A stretch of 64,000 bases of DNA from the NCBI GenBank assembly GCA_033344735.1, contig JAWPMW010000001.1:2270171-2334170 (forward strand), given 5' to 3'. This DNA comes from Gammaproteobacteria bacterium (GTDB lineage Bacteria > Pseudomonadota > Gammaproteobacteria > UBA4575). This document shows positions 31,947 through 41,342 of the stretch, one piece after another; positions within the stretch are counted from its first letter, which is position 1; each line of letters starts with the position of its first letter. The notes beneath the pieces are model-generated. The model searched no databases. It was not told the origin of the DNA and saw only the letters and a list, made by a program, of their open reading frames with translations. The position numbers were made by a program, and so were the translations under genes.

Positions 31947-33272
31947 GTGGCAACATCTGGTTCGCGTGAAGGTAGCTTAGAAGCTCCTACAAGACACCCC
32001 ATTGATTGGAATAACCCAGACTTTTACAACGAAGAATCACTTAATACTGAGCTTGAGCGAGTATTTGATATTTGCCATGGTTGTCGACGATGTGTGAGCT
32101 TATGTAATTCATTTCCAACTTTGTTCGACTTGGTTGATGAATCAGACACCATGGAAGTTGATGGTGTTGATAAAAATGATTACTCCAAGATTGTGGATCA
32201 TTGTTATCTTTGTGATCTATGTTATCTGACAAAGTGCCCATATGTGCCACCTCATGAATGGAACGTGGATTTTCCACACCTTATGTTACGTGCCAAAGCG
32301 ATCAAATTTCGCAAAGGTAATATTAAAAAGCGCGACAAAATTTTAAGTAGTACTGACACTGTTGGAAGTCTAGCGGGTATACCCATTGTTTCTCAGTTTG
32401 TTAACTCTGCTAATGGGACAAAAATAGGTCGTAAAGCATTAGAGAAGACTTTAGGTGTACATGCTGAAGCCAAAATACCTAAATACCACGCCAAGACCGC
32501 ACGCAAAACGTTATCTAAGAGAGCGCTTCCTATTGATATGCAGGCTGAAAATAAGGTTGCATTATTTATCACTTGTTATAACAATTTTAATGAGCCTGAA
32601 ATAGCCACCGACCTAGTGAAGGTGTTTGAACACAATAAAATTTCAATTTCTATTATGGAAAAAGAAAACTGTTGTGGTATGCCTAAGCTCGAGCTAGGAG
32701 ATTTAGAGGGTGTAGCGAAATTAAAAGATGCCAACATTCCAACTATGCTTAAGTGGATTGATGAGGGGTGGGATATTGTTGCACCTGTCCCTTCATGTGT
32801 ACTAATGTTTAAGCAAGAGTTACCTTTAATGTTTCCTGATGATAAAGATGTTCAGCGGGTTAAAGACCATATCTTTGACCCATTTGAATACTTGCATAAG
32901 AAACATAAAAACAAGCAGTTGAAAATTGATTTTAGCAAGTCGCTAGGTAAAGTTTTTTACCATGCATCATGCCATTTACGAGTACAGCGGATTGGTTTGA
33001 AAACGCGTGATGTATTGAATCTTATTCCTGATACACAATTGGAGGTGCTAGAGCGTTGCTCCGGACATGACGGCACCTATGCAGTGAAAAAAGAGTTCCA
33101 TGAAATATCAATGAAGATTTGTAGACCTGTGGTTAGCAAACTTCAGAAAGCAGAAGCAAATTACTACAGCAGTGATTGTCCAATGGCAGGCCATCAAATT
33201 TCTAATGGAATGAAGGATGATTCGGATGCGACTCACCCAATGACGCTATTAAGAATAGCTTACGGGCTATAA
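31947..33272 (+). CDS. HdrD/GlcF/GlpC-like iron-sulfur protein (two 4Fe-4S ferredoxin motifs + CCG domains)
   Basis: CHGCRRCVSLC and CDLCYLTKCPYVP cluster motifs; CCG-domain signature ENCCGMP, with a second CSGHDG variant. Confidence 0.7.
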   Translation: MATSGSREGSLEAPTRHPIDWNNPDFYNEESLNTELERVFDICHGCRRCVSLCNSFPTLFDLVDESDTMEVDGVDKNDYSKIVDHCYLCDLCYLTKCPYVPPHEWNVDFPHLMLRAKAIKFRKGNIKKRDKILSSTDTVGSLAGIPIVSQFVNSANGTKIGRKALEKTLGVHAEAKIPKYHAKTARKTLSKRALPIDMQAENKVALFITCYNNFNEPEIATDLVKVFEHNKISISIMEKENCCGMPKLELGDLEGVAKLKDANIPTMLKWIDEGWDIVAPVPSCVLMFKQELPLMFPDDKDVQRVKDHIFDPFEYLHKKHKNKQLKIDFSKSLGKVFYHASCHLRVQRIGLKTRDVLNLIPDTQLEVLERCSGHDGTYAVKKEFHEISMKICRPVVSKLQKAEANYYSSDCPMAGHQISNGMKDDSDATHPMTLLRIAYGL

Positions 33273-33287
33273 GAAAATCGAAGGGAA

Positions 33288-33878
33288 TTGATTATGCAAA
33301 AGCTAACTAAAGAAGATCTCTACTCATTAGAAGAATACTCTGCTATGCGTAGTGAGTTCCGAGCAAAAATGATTGAACATAAAAAAAGTCGTGTGTTACG
33401 TCTAGGTGAGCATGCGACAGTTCATTTTGAAGATCGTACGTTGATGCATTATCAAGTCCAAGAAATGTTACGTGCTGAAAAGGTATTTGATGCTGAAGGT
33501 ATTCAAGAAGAAATTGATGCATATAACCCGTTGATTCCAGATGGTAGTAACTGGAAAGCAACATTTATGCTTGAATATGATGATGAAGAAATTCGTCGTA
33601 AACGGTTAGGTGAATTAATTGGTATAGAAAAAACTGTATGGGTTGCCGTGGATGGCTTTGATAAAGTGTACCCTATATGTAATGAAGATTTAGAGCGTGA
33701 AACTGAAGATAAAACTTCATCAGTTCATTTTATGCGTTTTGAGCTGAATGCAGATATGGTAAAAGCGGTCAAATCAGGCACCGCGATTGCTGCCGGTATA
33801 GAACATGAAAAGTATTCTGTAAAAGTGGATGCTGTAACAGATGCAATGCGTACCTCTCTAGCGGGAGATCTCGATTAG
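33288..33878 (+). CDS. DUF3501-family protein
   Basis: ~195 aa; I recognise it as the uncharacterised family that commonly neighbours rubrerythrin and HdrD-like genes. Confidence 0.5.
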   Translation: MIMQKLTKEDLYSLEEYSAMRSEFRAKMIEHKKSRVLRLGEHATVHFEDRTLMHYQVQEMLRAEKVFDAEGIQEEIDAYNPLIPDGSNWKATFMLEYDDEEIRRKRLGELIGIEKTVWVAVDGFDKVYPICNEDLERETEDKTSSVHFMRFELNADMVKAVKSGTAIAAGIEHEKYSVKVDAVTDAMRTSLAGDLD

Positions 33879-33897
33879 TTAATTAGTCCTATCTGAT

Positions 33898-34752
33898 TTA
33901 CTTGTGTGGCTTGTCTGGCTTCTTATCATAAATAAGATTTTCGCTACCATTATAAACCAGAAAAGCTTTACCTTTGGCGCGCGCTATCATGGTAACGCCT
34001 AAGTCTTTTGCTAGTTCTAACCCCATATGAGTGACGCCAGAACGCGATAACAAAATAGGTATCCCCATGTGAGTGACTTTCATAACAATTTCTGAAGTTA
34101 GCCTTCCCGTTGTGTAAAAAATTTTGTCTGCTCCTTGAATATTGTCCATCCACATTCTTCCTGATATAGCATCAGCTGCGTTATGGCGTCCAACATCTTC
34201 AATGAAACTGATAATATTGGTTTCTTTGCATAATGCGCAACCATGTACAGCACCAGCTTGTTTGTAGATCTCGTTATGTTGTGTGATATTTTTTAATAAC
34301 TCATACAATAATGACTGCTTCACTTGCACCTGTGGTAATTTATGGTCATAAAGTTTGTCTAAAGTGCAGCTAAATACAGTGCCTTGACCGCAACCTGTGG
34401 TTACAGTTCGTTTGCTTAATTTTTCTTGCCAGTCATTAATGCCCTTTCCCTGTCTTGTGCTGACTTGAGCAGTTTCTTTTTCCCAGTCGACATGAACAGA
34501 CTTAATATCAGAGATATCTTCAATTAACCTTTGATTGCGCAAATAACCTAAGGCTAATAATTCTGGATTGGTTCCAAGCGTCATTAGTGTGACCACTTCG
34601 CGATCGTCTACTTTTAATGTAAGAGGTGATTCCCCTGACACTCGCACATCACGAATGTCACCGAATTGATCACGTGCTTGCACAGCGTGGGTTGGTGCGA
34701 GTCCTTCAGTAGAAAGTGTAGGGCGCTGTAGTTCTGGAGTTGCTGCTGACAT
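33898..34752 (-). CDS. fdhD: Formate dehydrogenase-family accessory sulfurtransferase FdhD
   Basis: TGCGQG loop and EDVGRHNAADAISGR motif matching FdhD (HEDVGRHVALDKL in E. coli). Confidence 0.75.
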   Translation of the reverse strand: MSAATPELQRPTLSTEGLAPTHAVQARDQFGDIRDVRVSGESPLTLKVDDREVVTLMTLGTNPELLALGYLRNQRLIEDISDIKSVHVDWEKETAQVSTRQGKGINDWQEKLSKRTVTTGCGQGTVFSCTLDKLYDHKLPQVQVKQSLLYELLKNITQHNEIYKQAGAVHGCALCKETNIISFIEDVGRHNAADAISGRMWMDNIQGADKIFYTTGRLTSEIVMKVTHMGIPILLSRSGVTHMGLELAKDLGVTMIARAKGKAFLVYNGSENLIYDKKPDKPHK

Positions 34753-34820
34753 TAATTAATTAAGAATAGAATGCAATAAATGCACTCTAGACTGGAAGGG
34801 TATAGATATCTAGTGCTGTT

Positions 34821-36194
34821 TTAGGATATTAAGGACAACATTTCATTGACTGAGGTTATTTTTTCGCGAGGTTTTCCTTTTGCTTCGCCTCGCTCAACTT
34901 CAACTTGGTCAATAGTTTTCCACTGTTGGTAGTTAATATATTGAACGTCGCGACTATTAAGAATGGAATACACTTTTTCCCTGCCGGCTTTTACGGTAGA
35001 TTCCATATTCGAGACGTCTTCAATTAGAGCATTCACTGTACTCACAGCACAGGCGCGATTTGTTCCAATAATTCCTGAGGGACCACGTTTAATCCAGCCT
35101 GCGGTATACATTTGTGGCACGACTACGTCGTTGTCGGTGATTCGTCCATCCTGGTTGGGGAATACACCCCAGCTCTCATGGAAGGGGACGCCTGGCATTT
35201 CTACTCCACGATATCCAATGCTTCTGAATAGAATGCCTGTGTCAAGTTCATAGAGGTCACCTGTGCCACGTGCAGATTGTTTGAAAGCATCACCAGAGAG
35301 TTGATTGTGTTCAATGATGACCCGTTCTAACCTGCTATCTCCTTGCAACTCAACAGGACTGCGGAGGAATTGAAAATAACATTTTCTAGATTTGCCAGTG
35401 GGTTCACGTTGGGAATAGTTTACAAACAAATCAAAAATTTTCTTGCTGCCTGCATTGGTTTTTTCAGCAAGTTCTGCTTCACTGGCTGTATTTAATGCCA
35501 ATTCTTTTGGGTCAACTATAGGATCAGAATCTGTTAACTCACCAAATTCTTTCAATTCTTTTGAGGTGAACTTTGCTTGCGCAGGACCGCGACGACCTAT
35601 AACGTAAACATTTTTAATTTTACTGTCTGCAAGCGCGTCAAGTGCGTGTTGTGAAATGTCTGTTTCTTTAAGTTCGTCAACTGTTTTAGAAAGGATTCTG
35701 CTTACGTCAGCGGCGACATTACCCTGGCCGATAATCACAGCTGTTTCGTGTGACAAATCAAACTGCCGATCTCGGTAGTCAGGATGACCATTATACCAGG
35801 CGACAAATTCAGTTGCTGTGTAACTGCCCAGTAAATCCTCGCCTGGAATGCCTAGGCGGCGGTCAGTTTCGGCACCACAAGTAAATATCACTGCGTGATG
35901 AGAGTCTTTTAATTCATCTACGGTGATATCTTTACCAACCGTTACATTGCCAATGTAGTTGAGTTCAGAATTCTCACTAGCAATCTTGTCATACACTTTG
36001 ATGGCTTGTTTGAGTTTAGGGTGATCAGGTGCGACGCCGCTACGAACCAACCCATAGGGTGCTGGTAAACGTTCAATTAGATCAATTTCTACATGAAGGT
36101 CAGACCGGATTAATGCTTCGCTGGCATAAAATCCACTTGGACCTGCGCCGACAATTGCTACTCGTAGTGGGTTTTTTTCTGTGCCTAAACTCAT
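34821..36194 (-). CDS. fprA: NADPH:ferredoxin (adrenodoxin-type) reductase, FprA family
   Basis: 457 aa; VAIVGAGPSGFY FAD motif, LVRSGVAPDHPK, NADPH-binding GQGNVA; closely parallels mycobacterial FprA. Confidence 0.8.
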   Translation of the reverse strand: MSLGTEKNPLRVAIVGAGPSGFYASEALIRSDLHVEIDLIERLPAPYGLVRSGVAPDHPKLKQAIKVYDKIASENSELNYIGNVTVGKDITVDELKDSHHAVIFTCGAETDRRLGIPGEDLLGSYTATEFVAWYNGHPDYRDRQFDLSHETAVIIGQGNVAADVSRILSKTVDELKETDISQHALDALADSKIKNVYVIGRRGPAQAKFTSKELKEFGELTDSDPIVDPKELALNTASEAELAEKTNAGSKKIFDLFVNYSQREPTGKSRKCYFQFLRSPVELQGDSRLERVIIEHNQLSGDAFKQSARGTGDLYELDTGILFRSIGYRGVEMPGVPFHESWGVFPNQDGRITDNDVVVPQMYTAGWIKRGPSGIIGTNRACAVSTVNALIEDVSNMESTVKAGREKVYSILNSRDVQYINYQQWKTIDQVEVERGEAKGKPREKITSVNEMLSLIS

Positions 36195-36211
36195 AATTGC
36201 TACCTGCCTGA

Positions 36212-36517
36212 CTAAAATCCTAATTCAGTTTTACGCTCTTCAGCTCCATCTAACGGATCCATTTGTTCGGTAATTAATGGAAGGTCAGGAGCTTTCTCGG
36301 CGTTGATTTCAATCCATTTTTTTTGATCATCTGGCATGTCGTCTTCTTCGAATATTGCCTGCACTGGACATTCAGGAATGCATGCGCTGCAATCAATGCA
36401 AACATCGGGATCGATATACAACATCTTGTCGTCATAATGAAAACATTCCACGGGACATACAGCGACACAGTCTGTGAATCTGCAGCCATTACAATTATCA
36501 GTTACTACGGTTGTCAT
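36212..36517 (-). CDS. fdxA: 7Fe ferredoxin ([3Fe-4S][4Fe-4S], FdxA/Azotobacter FdI type)
   Basis: TDNCNGCRFTDCVAVCPVECF...CIDCSACIPECP cysteine pattern; acidic C-terminal tail. Confidence 0.85.
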   Translation of the reverse strand: MTTVVTDNCNGCRFTDCVAVCPVECFHYDDKMLYIDPDVCIDCSACIPECPVQAIFEEDDMPDDQKKWIEINAEKAPDLPLITEQMDPLDGAEERKTELGF

Positions 36518-36567
36518 AATTATGTACTCCTCACGTTACATTCAATTATCAGATTTTTTTATTGTAA

Positions 36568-37377
36568 TTAACGGTTAAAAAGTAATACTTCCCCTCGATT
36601 TAATTCGATACTATCTCCACTCCATCTATCGTAACGACCATTTATATATCGGTCGTCAATATCGAATCCTTGATCCCTTAAATGCTTTAAATAAAATCGT
36701 AGAAATACAGGGTGATATGTACAGGCATATTCGAAAGTAGGCAGCATTTCAGCATCACTGAATGACACAATGGTCCCTCGTTTCATGCCTGCACCTGCAC
36801 GGGCTCCCATTTCGCCGCAAACAATGACACTTCCAGCTAGCAAATTCACACCGGTAAAATCTCCAGCGTTTCCTCCTACCGCGATCAGGCCACGGCGCAT
36901 GGAATTGCCAGCTTCATTTTTCACATTGCCATGAACAAAAATTTCTCCGCCTAATATTCCTGTCGGCTGACCACGGTAAGCACTGCCTACCATATGACCC
37001 GCGTTACCTTTAACTACAATTTGTCCTCCGGACATCTCAGGTCCAACCCAATCGCCTGCATTTCCTTTAACGGTAATTTTGCCCCCAGTCATTGCGCAGC
37101 CTAAATGCATGCTTACGTCACCATCGATAATTACTTCACCTTGGGTCATGCCAGCGCCGAGGTATTTAACGTTTGAAGTATCCCCTTCAACGTGAATAGT
37201 GTCGTGTCCTTTACCTTTAACTGTAAAGAAATCACCTAATCGAGCAGTTTCATTGCCATGAATGACTTCAAGGTGTTCAACACCGGATTGTGATAAATGT
37301 TTAACCGTATCTGGATTAATGCACTGTGCTTCTAAAGGAACATTGGTACGAGTACGTAATGTAAGTTTTATGCTCAT
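36568..37377 (-). CDS. fwdC: Formylmethanofuran dehydrogenase subunit C homolog (FwdC/FhcC)
   Basis: 269 aa beta-helix with repeated GxGxxG (GNAGDWVG, GNAGHMVG, GGNAGDF), GltB C-terminal-like. Confidence 0.8.
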   Translation of the reverse strand: MSIKLTLRTRTNVPLEAQCINPDTVKHLSQSGVEHLEVIHGNETARLGDFFTVKGKGHDTIHVEGDTSNVKYLGAGMTQGEVIIDGDVSMHLGCAMTGGKITVKGNAGDWVGPEMSGGQIVVKGNAGHMVGSAYRGQPTGILGGEIFVHGNVKNEAGNSMRRGLIAVGGNAGDFTGVNLLAGSVIVCGEMGARAGAGMKRGTIVSFSDAEMLPTFEYACTYHPVFLRFYLKHLRDQGFDIDDRYINGRYDRWSGDSIELNRGEVLLFNR

Positions 37378-37381
37378 TACA

Positions 37382-38272
37382 TTAACCCTCTAATATTTTG
37401 TTTAAATGAAAATGATATTTGCCAAGATCACCGCCATAATTTCCTGCAGATATTAACGTAGCGCCTTTTTCTGCAGCAGTGTGCATTCCGCGCTTCATGG
37501 CTTCAGCGACTGATTCTTCATCTAGACCATCGACAACAATCTCATAAACAGCTTCAATACCATCGGGGATTTGAGTTTTGGGTGCAAAGCCACGCAGAGT
37601 AGGGCAGTACTCATCATTGGTCGATGCTATCAAGCCTTTATATTTTGACCCTACTTTACTGCCTGATCTAACAACACCTTGTGGAAATGGAAGAAAAACA
37701 CCTGAGATTTCTTTCATCGCATCGGCTGCGGCTAACGATGCGCGTAAAGTTGTTGAACGGTTGGGCCCATATATTAATAAATTACCTCCGCCCACTGCAG
37801 GTTGAACACCAAAAGAATCATCGACAACAAATTCTCCCTCCATGACTGGAATGCGCCAAAGTTTTCTATCGCCCACTTTTTTGGAGATTTGGTAGCCATC
37901 ACCAAAATAGCGTAAACGTCCGCCAACAGGGACAGTGTCTTCCGAAGGTATTCCGTTATAACAAGCGGTGGTAGGACAGGTCATGACACATTGGCCAATT
38001 CGGTCCACTAAACGTGCGCTCATATTGTCTTTTGCCATGGTGAAAAGAAGCACGCTAATACCAGGTCTCCCATCGGGAGTGTCTTCTCTTGCAATTTCAC
38101 ATTCAACCGCAGCTTCACATTTACATCGAATTACAGATGTTGCGAATCCTGTCATTGATTGAGCTGCAGCTCGCGCCCATCCTAATGTGTCAGCAGTAAT
38201 GATGACGCGGGAACCCCACATTTCAAAAGCTTCAGCAAACGTATCAACAATTTCTGTTTTTTTTATCTTCAT
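37382..38272 (-). CDS. ftr: Formylmethanofuran--tetrahydromethanopterin N-formyltransferase (Ftr/FhcD)
   Basis: N-terminus KKTEIVDTFAEAFEMWGSRVIITA... and RIGQCVMTCPTTA match archaeal Ftr. Confidence 0.85.
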   Translation of the reverse strand: MKIKKTEIVDTFAEAFEMWGSRVIITADTLGWARAAAQSMTGFATSVIRCKCEAAVECEIAREDTPDGRPGISVLLFTMAKDNMSARLVDRIGQCVMTCPTTACYNGIPSEDTVPVGGRLRYFGDGYQISKKVGDRKLWRIPVMEGEFVVDDSFGVQPAVGGGNLLIYGPNRSTTLRASLAAADAMKEISGVFLPFPQGVVRSGSKVGSKYKGLIASTNDEYCPTLRGFAPKTQIPDGIEAVYEIVVDGLDEESVAEAMKRGMHTAAEKGATLISAGNYGGDLGKYHFHLNKILEG

Positions 38273-39912
38273 GATTTTTGCGCGGGTATAAATTCATGGT
38301 CATGTAGGTACGCGTCACTTACCGCGTAGTTATCAAATCGAATTGAATAATAATCATCAAAGAACGGGCGGATAATGTCTTCAATTGCGGGGTCATATTC
38401 TTGAGTCGAGTGTAAAGTTTTGCCATAAAAATCAGTGGTAAATTCATAATCGGCAATGACGGCATGTCCTGATTTGATTACATAGCGCGGTGCGTTGAAC
38501 ATTAACTCTTTATCGTCTTGCTCGTCGTAGATAGTAATATCTGCGTCAGCACCTATACCTAGGTGCCCTTTATTTTTTAAGCCCAAACATTTTGCAGGTC
38601 CTGCGCGAGTTATGATGGCGATTTCGCTAAGTGTATATTCTCGGTCAAGCTCTCCGAGGAATGTTTTTGCCATTGCTTTTTGGTTTACGCGTTTCATTTC
38701 TTCATCACGGAAACTTTTATCCATAAGCAATTTTATTAACTTCGGATAACTCATAAATGATCCACCATTTGGATGGTCAGTCGATAATACAACCCGCCAA
38801 GGATCTTTTGATAATAAAAATATTTCTAGGCCAATCGCCCATTGCAATGCGTGCGTGTAAATATTTTCTTGGTAATTGAAAGGTGCGATACCGCAGCCCG
38901 ATTCACATTCGGTGTCTACATTGACCCACTTAGCATGGGTATAACCTTTAAGCATGTAAGCGAGTGGCGCGTCTGCTGTCATAATTGTTGATTTACCAAA
39001 CATGACCTGTCCGACATCACAAGAGATATTAGGGTGATCATTAATGTATTCGATGATCTCTCTACCTGCAGATAAAGGATTTTTGCCTACTTCGCCGGCG
39101 TAACTATTAAATTGGATATGAGCAATATGTACACGTCGATCACCAGCTGTTTTCATTGTTTCTATGGTTGTTTCAAAATTACCACTATGGCCTAAATTGT
39201 TACAATGAACATGAGGAGGGTGTGGCAAACCTAATTCACTAGCCACATCAATAAACGTATCGATAATTGTGCGCGGAGAAATTTCAAATTCATCGCTCTT
39301 TTCGTCAATATCTTTGACGTTTGAATTCTTTCTACCTTTCCATGGTTCGTCGCCACCAGGGTTCACCAGTTTGCAGGTGTAACCTTTAGAAGCATGTAAC
39401 CACCATGCTACCGCTTGAGTAAGTTCTTCTTTTCGTCCTTCTTTGATTAAATTCTGTAAGAAAATATTGTTGCCTAACAGAATGTAATAGCCTTTATCAA
39501 TTACGGGGGTGTCATGTAATTCTTCTAGTACATGGCGTGCAGCTAAAGGCGGGACAGCTGCATCAAAGGCGGTTGTGTAACCCAGAGTTGCGTACCGATA
39601 ACCTGTTGCAAAAGTTGAAGGCACAATTCCTCCTGTACCTGAGCGTGTGTGTTCTGTCGCGGGATGTGGATCTAGACGATGGTCTTCAGGTTGAAGTTTG
39701 CGCGCCAGATTAACTTTAGGGCCAGCAATATGACAGTGAATGTCAACGCCACCTGGCATGACAATATTGCCATGAGCATTGATTACAGTGGCACTATCGC
39801 TGACGGAGTCAACGATGCGACCATCTTTGACGCAAATATCGCGAACCTCTCCATCAATATTATTAGCAGGATCATAGACCTTGCCATTCGCAATACGAAG
39901 CTCGTTTGTCAT
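38269..39912 (-). CDS. fwdA: Formylmethanofuran dehydrogenase subunit A homolog (amidohydrolase; FwdA/FhcA)
   Basis: 547 aa; ANGKVYDPANNIDGEVRDICVKDGRIV; metal-binding HCH motif of the amidohydrolase fold. Confidence 0.85.
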   Translation of the reverse strand: MTNELRIANGKVYDPANNIDGEVRDICVKDGRIVDSVSDSATVINAHGNIVMPGGVDIHCHIAGPKVNLARKLQPEDHRLDPHPATEHTRSGTGGIVPSTFATGYRYATLGYTTAFDAAVPPLAARHVLEELHDTPVIDKGYYILLGNNIFLQNLIKEGRKEELTQAVAWWLHASKGYTCKLVNPGGDEPWKGRKNSNVKDIDEKSDEFEISPRTIIDTFIDVASELGLPHPPHVHCNNLGHSGNFETTIETMKTAGDRRVHIAHIQFNSYAGEVGKNPLSAGREIIEYINDHPNISCDVGQVMFGKSTIMTADAPLAYMLKGYTHAKWVNVDTECESGCGIAPFNYQENIYTHALQWAIGLEIFLLSKDPWRVVLSTDHPNGGSFMSYPKLIKLLMDKSFRDEEMKRVNQKAMAKTFLGELDREYTLSEIAIITRAGPAKCLGLKNKGHLGIGADADITIYDEQDDKELMFNAPRYVIKSGHAVIADYEFTTDFYGKTLHSTQEYDPAIEDIIRPFFDDYYSIRFDNYAVSDAYLHDHEFIPAQKS

Positions 39913-39967
39913 TACTACACCCTGATTATTTTATAGTTATAGCGAGCGTTGTTAACTTGGTTTTATT

Positions 39968-41308
39968 TTAAGCGCTTGCTCCTGATTGAATGTTCCTTTT
40001 CTCTTTTACGAGTTCGTGAACCCGTTTCCTTATTCCTACTAGAATCTCCTGGTCCGATGGGAAAGGAGACTCAAATGCTGGACGTAATGTAATAGGTACA
40101 TCGTCCATGCGATAAACTGTTCCGGTGGTGTTGATGCCATAAGTTGAAGTTGCAAACGCAACATGGGCAAGCTTACTTGTGACTGTTTGCTTGGTATCAA
40201 GTGAAATGATCGGAATGCGGTGCATATGATCAATCGCAGCTTTTGGAAAGTTAGACGCCGGGTCGCTGGCAATAATCATGGCAGCATCAGCATCGCCTCG
40301 CGATAAAACATCAACAGTGGTGAATTCGCCAGGGTTAAAGCGGGGGAAGCCATGACTAAAATTAACACCAAAAGGATAACCAGTTTGCCATGAGACAACG
40401 TTGTCTGCACCGGTAACGTTTCCGTGGCCACGTACTGGTTTTGCGACAAAGTGGGTGAATTCATTCAAGTCTGATGCTAAAGAAAGTAGAGCACCCGAGT
40501 TGAAGTGACGACCTCGCGTCATGGTTAACCCCATGCCAAAAAACAAAACACCAAAACGACAGTTTTTCATTCTGTCGACAAGCTCTTCGATTGTTTGCAA
40601 AGAAACGCCAGTGATTTTTTCTATGTCTTTACTGACTTTTTTGCCTTTAACTAAAGCACGCAATGCCCACAGTAGTTCAAAATCTTTACCTGGCTTGGGT
40701 TGAATGAACTGGTCACAAACACCTGCGCTTTTTGTTTTTCTAACGTCGACCATAACTATGTGTCGATCTTTTTTGCCATTAGGAACAAACATGCCTTTAG
40801 GCATCACTGAATAACGACCAAAATGACGCGGGTGACTTTCGGCAGGATTACCACCCCAATAAATGACTAAATCAGCTCTGTTTTTTACCTCACCTAGAGT
40901 CATTGTACTTTCACCAACGCCCTGAAAAGCCATACCTGAAGGGCCATGACAAACAGAAGTGGTGGTATCGATACAGCCCTTGATTAGATCAGTTATTGCT
41001 ACAGCTTCTTTCTGTGCTTCACAGGTTGTGTCGCTAAGACCATAGGTAATAGGGAATTTAGCTTTTGTCAGTGTCTGAGCAGCTTCTTCTATAGCATCTT
41101 CGACAGGAACTTCTTTGCCATCAATCATTGCTTTCGGGCGATCATGATCAATGGTGTGTTCGAAAAACCAGGCTTTACCTAATATGCAGGCATTTTTGGC
41201 TTTAGTGATTTTCTTTTCATCCATATCAATGGTGAGATCCATGTCATCACACACACAGCCACAAAATGTACACGTTGCGCTTTCTACTGTTTTTATGTTT
41301 TCACTCAT
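39968..41308 (-). CDS. fwdB: Formylmethanofuran dehydrogenase subunit B homolog (FDH-family catalytic subunit lacking cap domain)
   Basis: N-terminal CTFCGCVC...C Fe-S motif; SVCHGPSG...GGNPAESHP aligns with the FdhF VUHGPSV...GYNPADSHP active-site region. Confidence 0.8.
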   Translation of the reverse strand: MSENIKTVESATCTFCGCVCDDMDLTIDMDEKKITKAKNACILGKAWFFEHTIDHDRPKAMIDGKEVPVEDAIEEAAQTLTKAKFPITYGLSDTTCEAQKEAVAITDLIKGCIDTTTSVCHGPSGMAFQGVGESTMTLGEVKNRADLVIYWGGNPAESHPRHFGRYSVMPKGMFVPNGKKDRHIVMVDVRKTKSAGVCDQFIQPKPGKDFELLWALRALVKGKKVSKDIEKITGVSLQTIEELVDRMKNCRFGVLFFGMGLTMTRGRHFNSGALLSLASDLNEFTHFVAKPVRGHGNVTGADNVVSWQTGYPFGVNFSHGFPRFNPGEFTTVDVLSRGDADAAMIIASDPASNFPKAAIDHMHRIPIISLDTKQTVTSKLAHVAFATSTYGINTTGTVYRMDDVPITLRPAFESPFPSDQEILVGIRKRVHELVKEKRNIQSGASA

Positions 41309-41342
41309 GATGAACGTCCACCAATTGATATAATTTTATTCG

